A DNA stretch of 64,000 nucleotides from Gemmatimonadota bacterium (GTDB taxonomy: Bacteria > Gemmatimonadota > Gemmatimonadetes > Gemmatimonadales > GWC2-71-9), in contig JAYTTT010000271.1 of the NCBI GenBank assembly GCA_043744895.1, forward strand, positions 143-64,142, in the 5' to 3' direction. The translations under genes were made by a program, and so were the position numbers. Positions 34,655 through 43,322 of the stretch are shown here, piece after piece (the first letter of the stretch is position 1; every line of letters begins with the position of its first letter). A model generated the notes under the pieces. It was not told the DNA's origin. It saw only the letters and a program-made list of their open reading frames with translations, and did no database searches.

Positions 34655-35447
34655 GAGACCCAGCGGCCGTGTCCTCTTGGTACGGCCCGAGCCGATCCGC
34701 AGGGCGTAGGGCTCATGCCGGCGCGGGGGCCAAAGCATGACGCCTTGGCCCGAACGACTGTAGCTCATTGGGAGAACCGAGTCGCGTTCGCCAAACGCCC
34801 CGTCGATTGGAGTGCCGGCGAAGGATGTGAGGTTTCCAACGGCAACACGCACCGAGTCGCCAAGGGTGCCCACGTCGTCGCACGTCGCCAGGAGGCACAC
34901 AATCGTGCCGGGGCTGATCCAGCGCGCCGCGGGGAGCGTCCTAGGAATCCTAGACCGCCGCTAGGCAAGCCCGCCGGGGTCTACGCGATCTGGCACGGCC
35001 CCACTTTCCTCTACGTCGGCATGTCGGGGCGTGGGCTCACCACCCTGCACCTCGATCAGCAGCTTGCTGAGGTCACCCAAGTTGGTGGCGTCGGTTCTTC
35101 CTGACGTTTCTCTGGGTGTTTTCGCAGGCATTCCTGGATTTTCCCTCGGACTTTCTCCGGGGGTTCTGGCCGCCCACCCGCTCCGTCGTCAGATCGATTC
35201 GGGGGCGGTCCGCGCCACCCTCGGGCCCTACCCCTGCAGGTTCGTGCTCCCACTCGGCGCGGCAGGCCGGGACTTCCTCCAGGGTTCGCGCCAGGACTGC
35301 GGGCGGGATTCGCGCTTGCACTCTCTTTGGCCGGGGCTGCCCGGGTGCTACGCCCACTTTCGCGGATGGGGACAATGATCCCGGAGGCCGGGGGTCTGGC
35401 CGGTATGCGATCGAACCACGAAGCCGAGTCTAGTTGGTCATCGGGAG

Positions 35448-35678
35448 TTAGGCTCTGCGCTCCGCTTCGGCGATGAGGATGGACAACTTGATTCCTAACC
35501 CATTGGCGAGCCGGTGGGCCGATTCAAGCACCGGTCTGCGTTTACCCCGCTCCACCAGCCCAACATACGTTGGGTGGACCTTTGCCCGGGCGGCAAATGC
35601 CTCCTGCGAGAGTCCCGCTTTCAGGCGGTGCTCCTTGATGACGATTCCGAAGGCATGCGACAGAGTTGGACGCGCCAT
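35448..35678 (-). CDS. XRE-family helix-turn-helix transcriptional regulator
   Basis: IKEHRLKAGLSQEAFAARAKVHPTYVGLVERGKRRPVLESAHRLANGLG. Start taken at the ATG at 35678 (the ORF extends to 35726). Divergent from the S8 gene. Confidence 0.75.
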   Translation of the reverse strand: MARPTLSHAFGIVIKEHRLKAGLSQEAFAARAKVHPTYVGLVERGKRRPVLESAHRLANGLGIKLSILIAEAERRA

Positions 35679-35858
35679 AGGCACCGCCCGAGTCTCGCGG
35701 CATGCCCGTTGCATCACCACAGACAACTGTCAGAGTGCCCGATCGGGGGAAATGGACCTCCGTTAGGTCACCCACCTGCTTGCGCCCCTTCATGTTAGCG
35801 AGTCGGCAGCCTGCCAGAGGTTTTGACCTGGCCTTGGTTTCATCCGGGAGGACGGGCT

Positions 35859-38800
35859 ATGAACGACCAAAACGGATTCCGCATGGGGTCTCGCTCTCTG
35901 AGGGCCTACTGGCGGCTCCCGACAACGTTCCTTTGCCTTGGCCTCATTCCATCCTTGGCAACATGCGGCGGCAAGTCGCTCACCGGCCCTCTTGTCCCCC
36001 CGCCCCCTGCGAAACTGGCCTTTACCGTGCACCCGGGCAGCACCGTGGCCGGCGTGGCTATCTCACCGGCCGTCCAAGTCTCGGTCCAGGACGCAAACGG
36101 AAATCTCGCCACAACCTCGACCGCAACCATCACGCTCGCCCTTGCGAGCGGGACCGGAGCGCCGGGGGCGGCTCTAGGCGGAACCCTGACTCAATCGGCC
36201 AGCGGCGGGACGGCGTCGTTTGCAGGACTGTCTGTGGACAAGGCTGCAGCCGGATACCGCGTAACCGCCACCGCCCCTAGCCTGGCGAGCGCGACGAGCG
36301 CGACATTTTCCGTGGAGCCCGGCCCCGCGGCAACGTTGGTCATTACGGGTCAACCGACCACAGTCGTCGCGGGTACGGCCATCGCTCCAGCCGTTCAGGT
36401 CACGGTCCAGGATGCATTGGGTAATACGGTGACGGGCTCGACGAACGCCGCGACACTCTCGATTACCCCTGGAACTGGGGTACCAGGGGCGACGCTGGGG
36501 GGGACACCGACCCAAGCCGCGGTCGGCGGTATCGCTGCGTTTCCCACGCTGACCGTAGACAAAGTCGGCGTCGGGTATACCCTCACCGCAACGGCCGCCG
36601 GTCTGACCAGTGCCACGAGTAGCGCGTTCGCTGTCAACGTTGGCGCGCCCTTCAAGCTTGGGTTCACGGTCCAACCGGGTACGGCGGTCCAGGGTGCTCT
36701 GATAGCACCCCCGGTTCAGGTAACGGTGCAGGATGCCCAGGGGAACATCGTCGCCACTTCGTCGGCATCCCTATCCCTCGCGATCACCAACGGGACCGGA
36801 TCTGCCGGAGCCCTCATGAGCGGTACCCTAAGCCAGGCGTCCACGAACGGCGTTTCGTCCTTTGACAATCTTAGGATCAACTTGCCAGGAGTGGGCTATA
36901 CCCTGACGGCTACCGCGGCCAACCTTGCCAACGCCACGAGCAGCGTGTTTGCCGTCGGTGGGGGAACGATCAGCGGGACGATCTCGCTGGTGTCCACTTT
37001 CTTGGCTCCACGGTTCGAGATGCTCGTCGCCGCGCCGAAGCAGCCGCGCGTCGATGCACCCCCGGGTGCTGCGGCATCGGCCCGCGTCGCCGGCACGGAC
37101 AAGATTCCCGGGCGCACCACCCACCTGCGGGCACCCTTTCAAACACCAGGGCCCCGGGCTCAGTTCGTCTCGGATGAGTTGATCGTCACCTATCGCGCCG
37201 AGGCCCTGGGGGTTGCCCTTCCTAGCGCCCCCCAGATGAGTGTCTCGGCGGTCCAGGCCATGGGCCAGGTGGTACGCCAGCGGGCCACGGCCGCCGCCCA
37301 ACTGTACCGGGCGACGGTGCTTGGCGTATCCCCCGCGCTCCGGGCCGCACGCCTTCGGATTGCCAGCGTTTCAGACCGTGACCAAGTCATGGCAGCGCTT
37401 CGGCTTGACCCTAGAATCGCAGCTGTGGAGCGGAACGGTATCCTGTACACGACCGAGGTTCGTCATCACCCAGAATCGGGCGCACGTCTACCAGTGGCCC
37501 CGCCGAATGATCCGGCCTACCCAAGGCAGGCGTGGCACTATGAGGCGATGGACTTACGTCGAGCCTGGCGCACGTCGACCGGCTCAACCTCTGTCCTAGT
37601 GGCCGTCGTGGACGATGGCATTCGATTTGATCACCCCGGCATCGCCGCGAACCTCACCGCGGATGGGTACGACTTCGTCTCAAGTACTCCCGCGCCTGCC
37701 TGCAGTGGCGGGGTCGTCGATCTCGCGGGCGACGGCAACGGGTATGACAGCAACCCGACCATTCCAGTTGCTTACGACTACAACGAGGTCTTGAATTGCT
37801 ACTCGGGAAACACCGGACTCGGAGGCCATGGGCTCCACGTTGCGGGCACGATCGGTGCAGCCGGCAACGACGGCGTGGGAGGCACTGGTGTCAACTGGGC
37901 GGTGCGCATTCGCCCGGTGCGGGTGATGAACTCGGCGGGCCAAGGGGACATGTACGATATTGCGCAGGGCATCCTCTACGCGGCTGGGCTTCCGGCGGAC
38001 AACGGTGCCGGGGGTGTCATACAGGCCCCGACCGCGGCGCGAATTATCAACCTCAGTCTGGGCGCTGAAGGTCCACCGAACGTGTTGCTGCAGAACGCGG
38101 TCGCGGCGGCGACCGCGGCTGGCAGCCTCCTGATCGCGGCAGCCGGCAACAAGGATAGCTCCGCGCCGTCCTACCCAGCCGCGTTTCCCGAAGTTGTGTC
38201 GGTATCTGCGATTGGTCCGGACTTCACGCGAGCTTCGTATTCAAACTACGGGCCCACGGTCGATATCGCGGGTCCAGGTGGTGATCTCGCAGACGGCGGA
38301 TCGGACTTTGGCGTCTACTCCACCAGGTGGAACTTCGGGACGAACAGTCCGGACTACGAATCCATCCAGGGCACGTCGATGGCCGCCCCACACGTCGCCG
38401 GGGTCGCCGCTCTACTCTTGGCACAGGCCCCCTCCCTCACCGCGAGTCAGCTCCGAGGTCGACTCCTCAATTATGCAGTGGATCTTGGTGTCCCTGGCCG
38501 TGATGACCTGTACGGCGCGGGCTTGGTCAACGCTCGAAACAGCCTCACGCAGTCCATGGGATGGTCGGCCGGGACCTATGCGCGGCTGTACAACGCGGGC
38601 ACCGGCGCGGTAGTGCGGGACGTGACGGTCGTCGGCAACGGAACCTACAGCTTTACCCAGATTGCGGCCGGAACGTATTGGCTGTTTGGCGGACAGGATG
38701 AAGACGGGGACGGCCGGATCGGCGTGCCAGGGCACCGCTGGAGTTCAGCTGGAGGTACGGCAACTCCCCTCTCCCTCACGGTCAGCGGCGCATTGACGCA

Positions 38801-39239
38801 GTCCGTGAACTTCAATCTTGGCTACGGGTACGAACAGGAACCCAACAACAGCTTTGTCACCGCCGATGCCTTGACGCTCGGGGGGTACCTCTTTGGCTAC
38901 GCATCGAGCAGCGACGCGGACTACTCCACGGTGCTGATCCCGGTGGCCGGGCAGTATACGTTCGAAACGAGCCCGTTTCGCGGGGCGTGTGGGTTTGCGT
39001 TGGAAGCGGATACCATCCTAGAGATCTACAACTCGAATGGTGTCTTGGTGGGAAGCAATGATGACATCGATCTGGATCTGGATAACTTCTGCTCCCGTGT
39101 CACGGTGACCCTCTCGCCGGGCAGGTATTATCTCGCAGTGCGAGGCTTCGTCTCAACCCTCCGATCCTATTACGTCTCGGTGCGTGAGGGGCAGGGCAAT
39201 ATGCTGGCTGGAATGCAACCTGGAGGAGTCACATGGTGA
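35859..39239 (+). CDS. S8-family subtilisin-like serine protease with 3 Ig-like repeats and a C-terminal PPC domain
   Basis: The ATG at 35859 follows GGGAGGA. Possible lipobox SLATCGG. Catalytic VAVVDDGI (D), GHGLHVAGTIGA (H), GTSMAAPHVAGVAALL (S). C-terminal EQEPNNSFVTADAL...DADYSTV (pre-peptidase C-terminal domain). Confidence 0.8.
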   Translation: MNDQNGFRMGSRSLRAYWRLPTTFLCLGLIPSLATCGGKSLTGPLVPPPPAKLAFTVHPGSTVAGVAISPAVQVSVQDANGNLATTSTATITLALASGTGAPGAALGGTLTQSASGGTASFAGLSVDKAAAGYRVTATAPSLASATSATFSVEPGPAATLVITGQPTTVVAGTAIAPAVQVTVQDALGNTVTGSTNAATLSITPGTGVPGATLGGTPTQAAVGGIAAFPTLTVDKVGVGYTLTATAAGLTSATSSAFAVNVGAPFKLGFTVQPGTAVQGALIAPPVQVTVQDAQGNIVATSSASLSLAITNGTGSAGALMSGTLSQASTNGVSSFDNLRINLPGVGYTLTATAANLANATSSVFAVGGGTISGTISLVSTFLAPRFEMLVAAPKQPRVDAPPGAAASARVAGTDKIPGRTTHLRAPFQTPGPRAQFVSDELIVTYRAEALGVALPSAPQMSVSAVQAMGQVVRQRATAAAQLYRATVLGVSPALRAARLRIASVSDRDQVMAALRLDPRIAAVERNGILYTTEVRHHPESGARLPVAPPNDPAYPRQAWHYEAMDLRRAWRTSTGSTSVLVAVVDDGIRFDHPGIAANLTADGYDFVSSTPAPACSGGVVDLAGDGNGYDSNPTIPVAYDYNEVLNCYSGNTGLGGHGLHVAGTIGAAGNDGVGGTGVNWAVRIRPVRVMNSAGQGDMYDIAQGILYAAGLPADNGAGGVIQAPTAARIINLSLGAEGPPNVLLQNAVAAATAAGSLLIAAAGNKDSSAPSYPAAFPEVVSVSAIGPDFTRASYSNYGPTVDIAGPGGDLADGGSDFGVYSTRWNFGTNSPDYESIQGTSMAAPHVAGVAALLLAQAPSLTASQLRGRLLNYAVDLGVPGRDDLYGAGLVNARNSLTQSMGWSAGTYARLYNAGTGAVVRDVTVVGNGTYSFTQIAAGTYWLFGGQDEDGDGRIGVPGHRWSSAGGTATPLSLTVSGALTQSVNFNLGYGYEQEPNNSFVTADALTLGGYLFGYASSSDADYSTVLIPVAGQYTFETSPFRGACGFALEADTILEIYNSNGVLVGSNDDIDLDLDNFCSRVTVTLSPGRYYLAVRGFVSTLRSYYVSVREGQGNMLAGMQPGGVTW
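36006..36945 (+). repeat. Three tandem ~104-aa Ig-like coding repeats within the S8 gene
   Basis: The units share ..(T)V.PG..V(A/Q)G.AI.P.VQV.VQDA.GN....S.......I..GTG..GA.L.GT..Q....G...F..L.....G.GY.(L/V)TATA..L..ATS..F.V. Confidence 0.7.
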
Positions 39240-39703
39240 TGGCACCCCGATTCTGCTTCTTGATGCTGGCGATGACCCGCCTGGGTCTCTCGGCACCCCA
39301 ACTCGTGGCCCAGGAGCGCACGGCGATCAAGCACGTTATCGCCACCGTCGCCGGCACGAATGACGAGTGGACGCCGACTGGTCTAGTGGTCGAACCCGGC
39401 GATATCGTGATCACGATTGCCCACGGTACGGTGCGGGTTGGACAATCGCTTGGGGACGTGGACGCCACAGGCACCCGCAATGGTTCCCGCACATCGACGG
39501 GTGTTGGCATTCTCCAGTACAAGATCGGGACAAGTGCAGGGTTTCCGACCGGCGTCCAAGGGCTGTTCGTCGCGACCGTTCGCGGACCCTTCAAATTGCG
39601 CGTCTACGATTCCCAATATGCGGACAACGCAGGGGCCTTCCAGGTGAACATTATCGTGATCCCGGCTTCGGCCGTTCCTCCGGCCACACCCGCGAGCGAA
39701 TAA
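39233..39703 (+). CDS. Secreted PA-IL (LecA)-like lectin-fold protein
   Basis: 156 aa. The ATG overlaps the S8 stop (ATGGTGA). Signal peptide present. PGDIVITIAHG..., ILQYKIGTSAGFPTGVQGLF...YDSQYADNAGAFQVNI aligns by eye with P. aeruginosa LecA (PGDVITIVAAG..., LVMKIGNSGTIPVNTGLF...YGNNSGSFSVNI). Confidence 0.55.
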   Translation: MVMAPRFCFLMLAMTRLGLSAPQLVAQERTAIKHVIATVAGTNDEWTPTGLVVEPGDIVITIAHGTVRVGQSLGDVDATGTRNGSRTSTGVGILQYKIGTSAGFPTGVQGLFVATVRGPFKLRVYDSQYADNAGAFQVNIIVIPASAVPPATPASE

Positions 39704-39771
39704 CCGGGCTCGACGGAGGCGAGCGGCGAACGAGATCACTGTCAGTTTGGGCCCTCTATCTTCTTATCCCC
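39436..39771. repeat. Right arm of the inverted duplication (lectin 3' 268 nt plus 68 nt downstream)
   Basis: Reverse complement of 33518-33851. Confidence 0.85.
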
Positions 39772-39790
39772 CGTCCAGTTCAAGGCAGGG

Positions 39791-41158
39791 TTAGAGGGCA
39801 TCTGTTCCCGCATCTCCTGGCGAAGCGCTTGCGAGGGCCTGTAGGCTCTGGTTCAACAGCAGATCAGGATCAGAGGGAAGCCGGACCCGGTCCAGTCCAT
39901 CGTTGAGTTCCTCCGAGGCCACGAGTATCACGCCACAAGACCGTATCAAGGTAGCATGGGCCGCAATCTGGTCCCTTGGCAACCGGCACACGAGGACCGC
40001 GGCCACGACGCCGACATGATTGCTTGCTTGGAGGGCTTTCGCCAGCGTTCTGCGACGATCGACTAGTTTGCCAATCTTGGACGCGACGTCCGCGACCCGG
40101 ATTGTGCATTCGAGGATGGCGAGGCGGCCGTTCGGCGTGCTCACGATCAGGTCAGGTGAGTCCGTTTCGAGCTGGACGGCTGACGAGAAACCTAGAATGA
40201 ACAGGAGAGCCGCCACCGCCGCTTCGAACTTGGCGGAATCCGTTGCATCGAACAGGCCGCTACGAATCATGCGAAGGTCCCGGTCGAACTGTTGCACAGC
40301 GACCAGCCGTTGATTCGCCGCCTTCAGCGGGTCCGGAAACCAGTGGCGGCGAACTGTACCGGTGCCGATCATCAGCATTGTCAGGACGCTGTCCGCACGT
40401 GGCAACGCGATATCGGCCGTGCCTTCCCGGCGTCCCTCGCGAACGTCACCCCAGGCCACGGCCTTTGCGACCTGGCGGCGGCCCTCCAAGCCGGGGCCAG
40501 GTACGGCTCGAACCGCAAGTCCAATGCTGGCGATGTCGAAGTTGGGATGCGCATGCAACGTCAAGCGGAGCCCATTGGCGCTCAGAGAGCTGTGATCGAG
40601 AATAATATCAACAGGCGGATTGACGGTGATGGTGATGGTGCTGAGATACCCCGCATCCGGTGGTCGCAGCGCGAGCCAGCTTGCGAGGTCGGTCAGGCCG
40701 TCGAACGGGGGCGAGGAGTGGCGGAGTCCGTCGTCAACCTCTGGTAGCAGATCTCCAATCATCGTCGGCGCGCGGCCGAACACCTGAAACTGCAGCGGTG
40801 CGAACCAGCGATCGCGCTCGTTCGTGGCCGATTGCACCCGATACTCGCCTTCGCGCGGAAGAACGAGCCGCATACCGTCGACGTTAACGATCCCTGACGT
40901 GGCATCGGTCAAGATCGTCAGCAAGGAGTCCTTGTCAACCGACTCTATCTGAACTTGACCAGCAACCAAAGTCGGTAGCGCAACGCGGAGACTGTTGTCG
41001 CGCATCGCAGGAAGCGAGCTCAGGGTAATCGCAGCGCTGACGAGGGCGTAGTCCTCGCCAGTTCTGTGCGCAAGATACCGCATGTTTGAGGAGTAGCTGT
41101 CGCAGACCCAGAGCCTGCAGGCCTCGAGGAAGGTTTGGACGGGTCGGCTGTCGTTCAA
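39791..41158 (-). CDS. Hypothetical protein, possible PD-(D/E)xK-like C-terminal domain
   Basis: 455 aa with no recognisable N-terminal family. The C-terminus (FEAAVAALLFILGF..AVQLETDSPDLIVSTPNGRLAILECTIR) has the helix / PD...E-x-(K) topology of Mrr/REase-like nucleases, but the Lys position is Thr. G+C is about 57-60%. Confidence 0.45.
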   Translation of the reverse strand: MNDSRPVQTFLEACRLWVCDSYSSNMRYLAHRTGEDYALVSAAITLSSLPAMRDNSLRVALPTLVAGQVQIESVDKDSLLTILTDATSGIVNVDGMRLVLPREGEYRVQSATNERDRWFAPLQFQVFGRAPTMIGDLLPEVDDGLRHSSPPFDGLTDLASWLALRPPDAGYLSTITITVNPPVDIILDHSSLSANGLRLTLHAHPNFDIASIGLAVRAVPGPGLEGRRQVAKAVAWGDVREGRREGTADIALPRADSVLTMLMIGTGTVRRHWFPDPLKAANQRLVAVQQFDRDLRMIRSGLFDATDSAKFEAAVAALLFILGFSSAVQLETDSPDLIVSTPNGRLAILECTIRVADVASKIGKLVDRRRTLAKALQASNHVGVVAAVLVCRLPRDQIAAHATLIRSCGVILVASEELNDGLDRVRLPSDPDLLLNQSLQALASASPGDAGTDAL

Positions 41159-41383
41159 CGGGCGGCCTTGGCGATCACGGTGTCCTCAATCGGAACGCAA
41201 TACAGGACCAGCGACGGTTTGTGGATGCCACCTAACGGCTTGGTATTCAGCGGCAGCCGCCACAAGGAACTGAGCGGCCGCGCCATCTTCCGACCAACAT
41301 TGGGGCGGGGCCGCGACTTGTCAACACGGAGCCCAAGGCGGCTGTCCGCTGCAATACCGGGTTAGGCCTAATGTTGGTTGGTA

Positions 41384-41950
41384 CTACGCCTTGCACAGGT
41401 AGTTCGTGGCGCCAATCTCTCGCGAGAGAAGGCCAAGACCCCGCCGCTCGTACAGCTGGAACATGGCCCGTACGACGGGCAGGGGAACACGATACTCCTT
41501 TGCCAGGTCAGCTCCGCGTAGCCACGTCCCGGCGCTACCGGAGTTGACGCGGTCAGTCAGCCCTGCCATAGCGTCGGGGTCCTCGAACAGGGCAGCCATG
41601 TACAGAACATAGGTCGGATCGTTCAGCCAGCAAGCGAGCGGATGCTGACGCCCAAGGACGTGCTGCCCGCGCAGGGACCCGGAGCCTTCAAGGATGGCGA
41701 TCACGCGGGAGTACTTGGCGAGATCTGCTTCGGACAACTCCAGTCGGGACTCGCCGGTTGCCCGGATATGGTCGTACGCCACTCGCGAGAACTCCCGCAC
41801 GTCTGGGTGGAGCGATGAGATCGGATCTTCCAGCTTCTGAAGACGTTCCTGAACCTTTCGCGCATCCCATTCAGCATTGAGCTGAACGAGCACCCCGCCA
41901 AACGGGACGCCCGCACCGATCACTCGAGCCAACGGGAATAGCCAGTTCAT
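41384..41950 (-). CDS. Hypothetical protein (hydrophobic N-terminus, possible C-terminal wHTH)
   Basis: 188 aa. No family recognised. Same strand as, and upstream of, the 455-aa gene. Confidence 0.4.
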   Translation of the reverse strand: MNWLFPLARVIGAGVPFGGVLVQLNAEWDARKVQERLQKLEDPISSLHPDVREFSRVAYDHIRATGESRLELSEADLAKYSRVIAILEGSGSLRGQHVLGRQHPLACWLNDPTYVLYMAALFEDPDAMAGLTDRVNSGSAGTWLRGADLAKEYRVPLPVVRAMFQLYERRGLGLLSREIGATNYLCKA

Positions 41951-41968
41951 GAGGATGCCGGATGAGGC

Positions 41969-42444
41969 CTAACCTTTACTTATGCGGCAAGGACCGCCCA
42001 AAACCCAGCCTTTCCCGGCCCCGGACCACCCGGTCGCAGCATAAGTCACGATTCAATCAAACCCAGTCGTCGCCGAACCGCCACTCCGCCATGCGGTACA
42101 CCCCGTCCTTCCGTGGGCCGCCCGTCTCAATTCCTGCAACGGCCGCGAGATATTCCCCCGCTCTCCGCGACTTTAGGCTGCGAAAGTCGCCGGAACCCCA
42201 CCTTACCTCCCATGGCGGTCTAGGTCGGACCATCGGAGGACAACGACTTGAGACCTCTTGATTCGGGGGATCACGCGCGGCGGAAGGGTCCGTCCGCCGC
42301 CGACCGATCCAAAGACTGACGACCCGCCAGGGCCGACGACGCCCGATCAGCGGGTGTGACCGAGTTCATGGCGCGACGGGTGGGTTCCAGCGACGGTGCA
42401 ATACCACGAACTATCGACCCGGGTCCCATCGGGCCCGGGCGCCA
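41969..42444. repeat. Copy 1 of a duplicated 476-nt non-coding module downstream of an M28 paralog
   Basis: Direct repeat of 47486-47963. The first 135 nt (41969-42103) differ at only 2 positions, and the rest is about 85% identical. The left boundary is sharp at CTAACCTTTACTTATGCGG. Confidence 0.85.
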
Positions 42445-43310
42445 CTACGGTCGCAGCGCTTCGCCCTGGAAGAAATAGCGGCCCTTCCACCGCGGCCGAT
42501 GCACCCCATTGGCCACCTCATATCCGATCAGCAGATAGGCCGTGGCATACGTCACGGCCGCCCCCCAATCAATGCCCTGGTCGAACCGGTCCCGCGGAGT
42601 GTGGTGGACCCGGCCGAACCACCGCTGCTGGCCGGCCACATCGCTGGCCTTCCCCGGAAAGAGCATCACCGCCGGCACGCCCGCCCGCATGAACGGGTAG
42701 TGGTCGCTTCGAGTGAACACGGTCATGACCGGCAACGGATCCTCGCTGGCACCCACGCCCAGGCGCTTGAAGACCGCCCCGGCCGTCTCGCCGAGCGACG
42801 AGTAGGCTCCGCCGTAGGCCGCGAAATCCCGGACCGGACCGGTCAGCACCGCATTGTCCAAGTTGACGTCGGCAACGATCGATCCGATCGGCACCGGCGG
42901 CTCGTGGACGAAGTAGTCCGATCCGAGAATCCCCTTCTCTTCCCCCGTCACCGCCAAGAAGATCACCGACCGCTTCGGCCGCGGAAGATCCGCGTAGGCC
43001 CGCGCCAGGGCGGCCACCACCGCCGTGCCGCTCCATTGCCGATCGCACCGCGATAGACGCTGTCCCCGTCCACCGGTTCCCCGACGCCGACATGGTCGAG
43101 GTGGGCCGAGTAGACGACATACTCGCGCTTGAGGACCGGATCGCTTCCCTCGATCATCCCGATCGCGTTGTGCGCCACCACCGCCCGGTGGCGGAAACCG
43201 CCCCGAAACGAGGCCATCACCCCGTTCGCAAACGAGGCCGGACCCTTCGTCAGCCGCGCCAACACCGCTTCGAACCCCTGGCCGAACGCCTCGAAGGGAC
43301 TGCCGGGCCA
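42445..43310 (-). pseudogene. M28-family peptidase remnant (copy 1): 5'-truncated and frameshifted
   Basis: The C-terminal half is homologous to 51201..52814. A -1 frameshift near 43036-43043 (GAIGNG|GTAVVAAL). Homology stops near 43310, where a DUF2461 fragment abuts. Confidence 0.7.
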
Positions 43311-43322
43311 GCTGCGGCCCGG

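Noticed and set aside
33518-39771. A diversity-generating retroelement (TR/VR pair) as the explanation for the two lectin 3' copies.
   Set aside because: There is no reverse transcriptase anywhere in the window. The mismatches are not adenine-specific (G/C, T/G, C/T and A/C changes all occur). The repeat also extends 68 nt past the stop codon.
41969-42444. A known structured RNA (tRNA, tmRNA, RNase P, SRP RNA, cobalamin riboswitch, group II intron domain V) within the conserved non-coding module.
   Set aside because: I found no GGTTCGAATCC-type T-arm, no GGAAAGTCCGG P4 element, no SRP GGAA/AGCAG motif and no exact B12 box. The GCGACUUU...AAAGUCGC hairpin at about 42168-42200 lacks the AGC triad and bulge of domain V, and no intron ORF is present. 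A novel RNA remains possible (see findings).
32468-43322. Calling the 11-kb block an integrative or conjugative element or a prophage.
   Set aside because: I could find no integrase, recombinase, transposase, tRNA target, or phage structural or conjugation genes. Only repeats and compositional hints support mobility.
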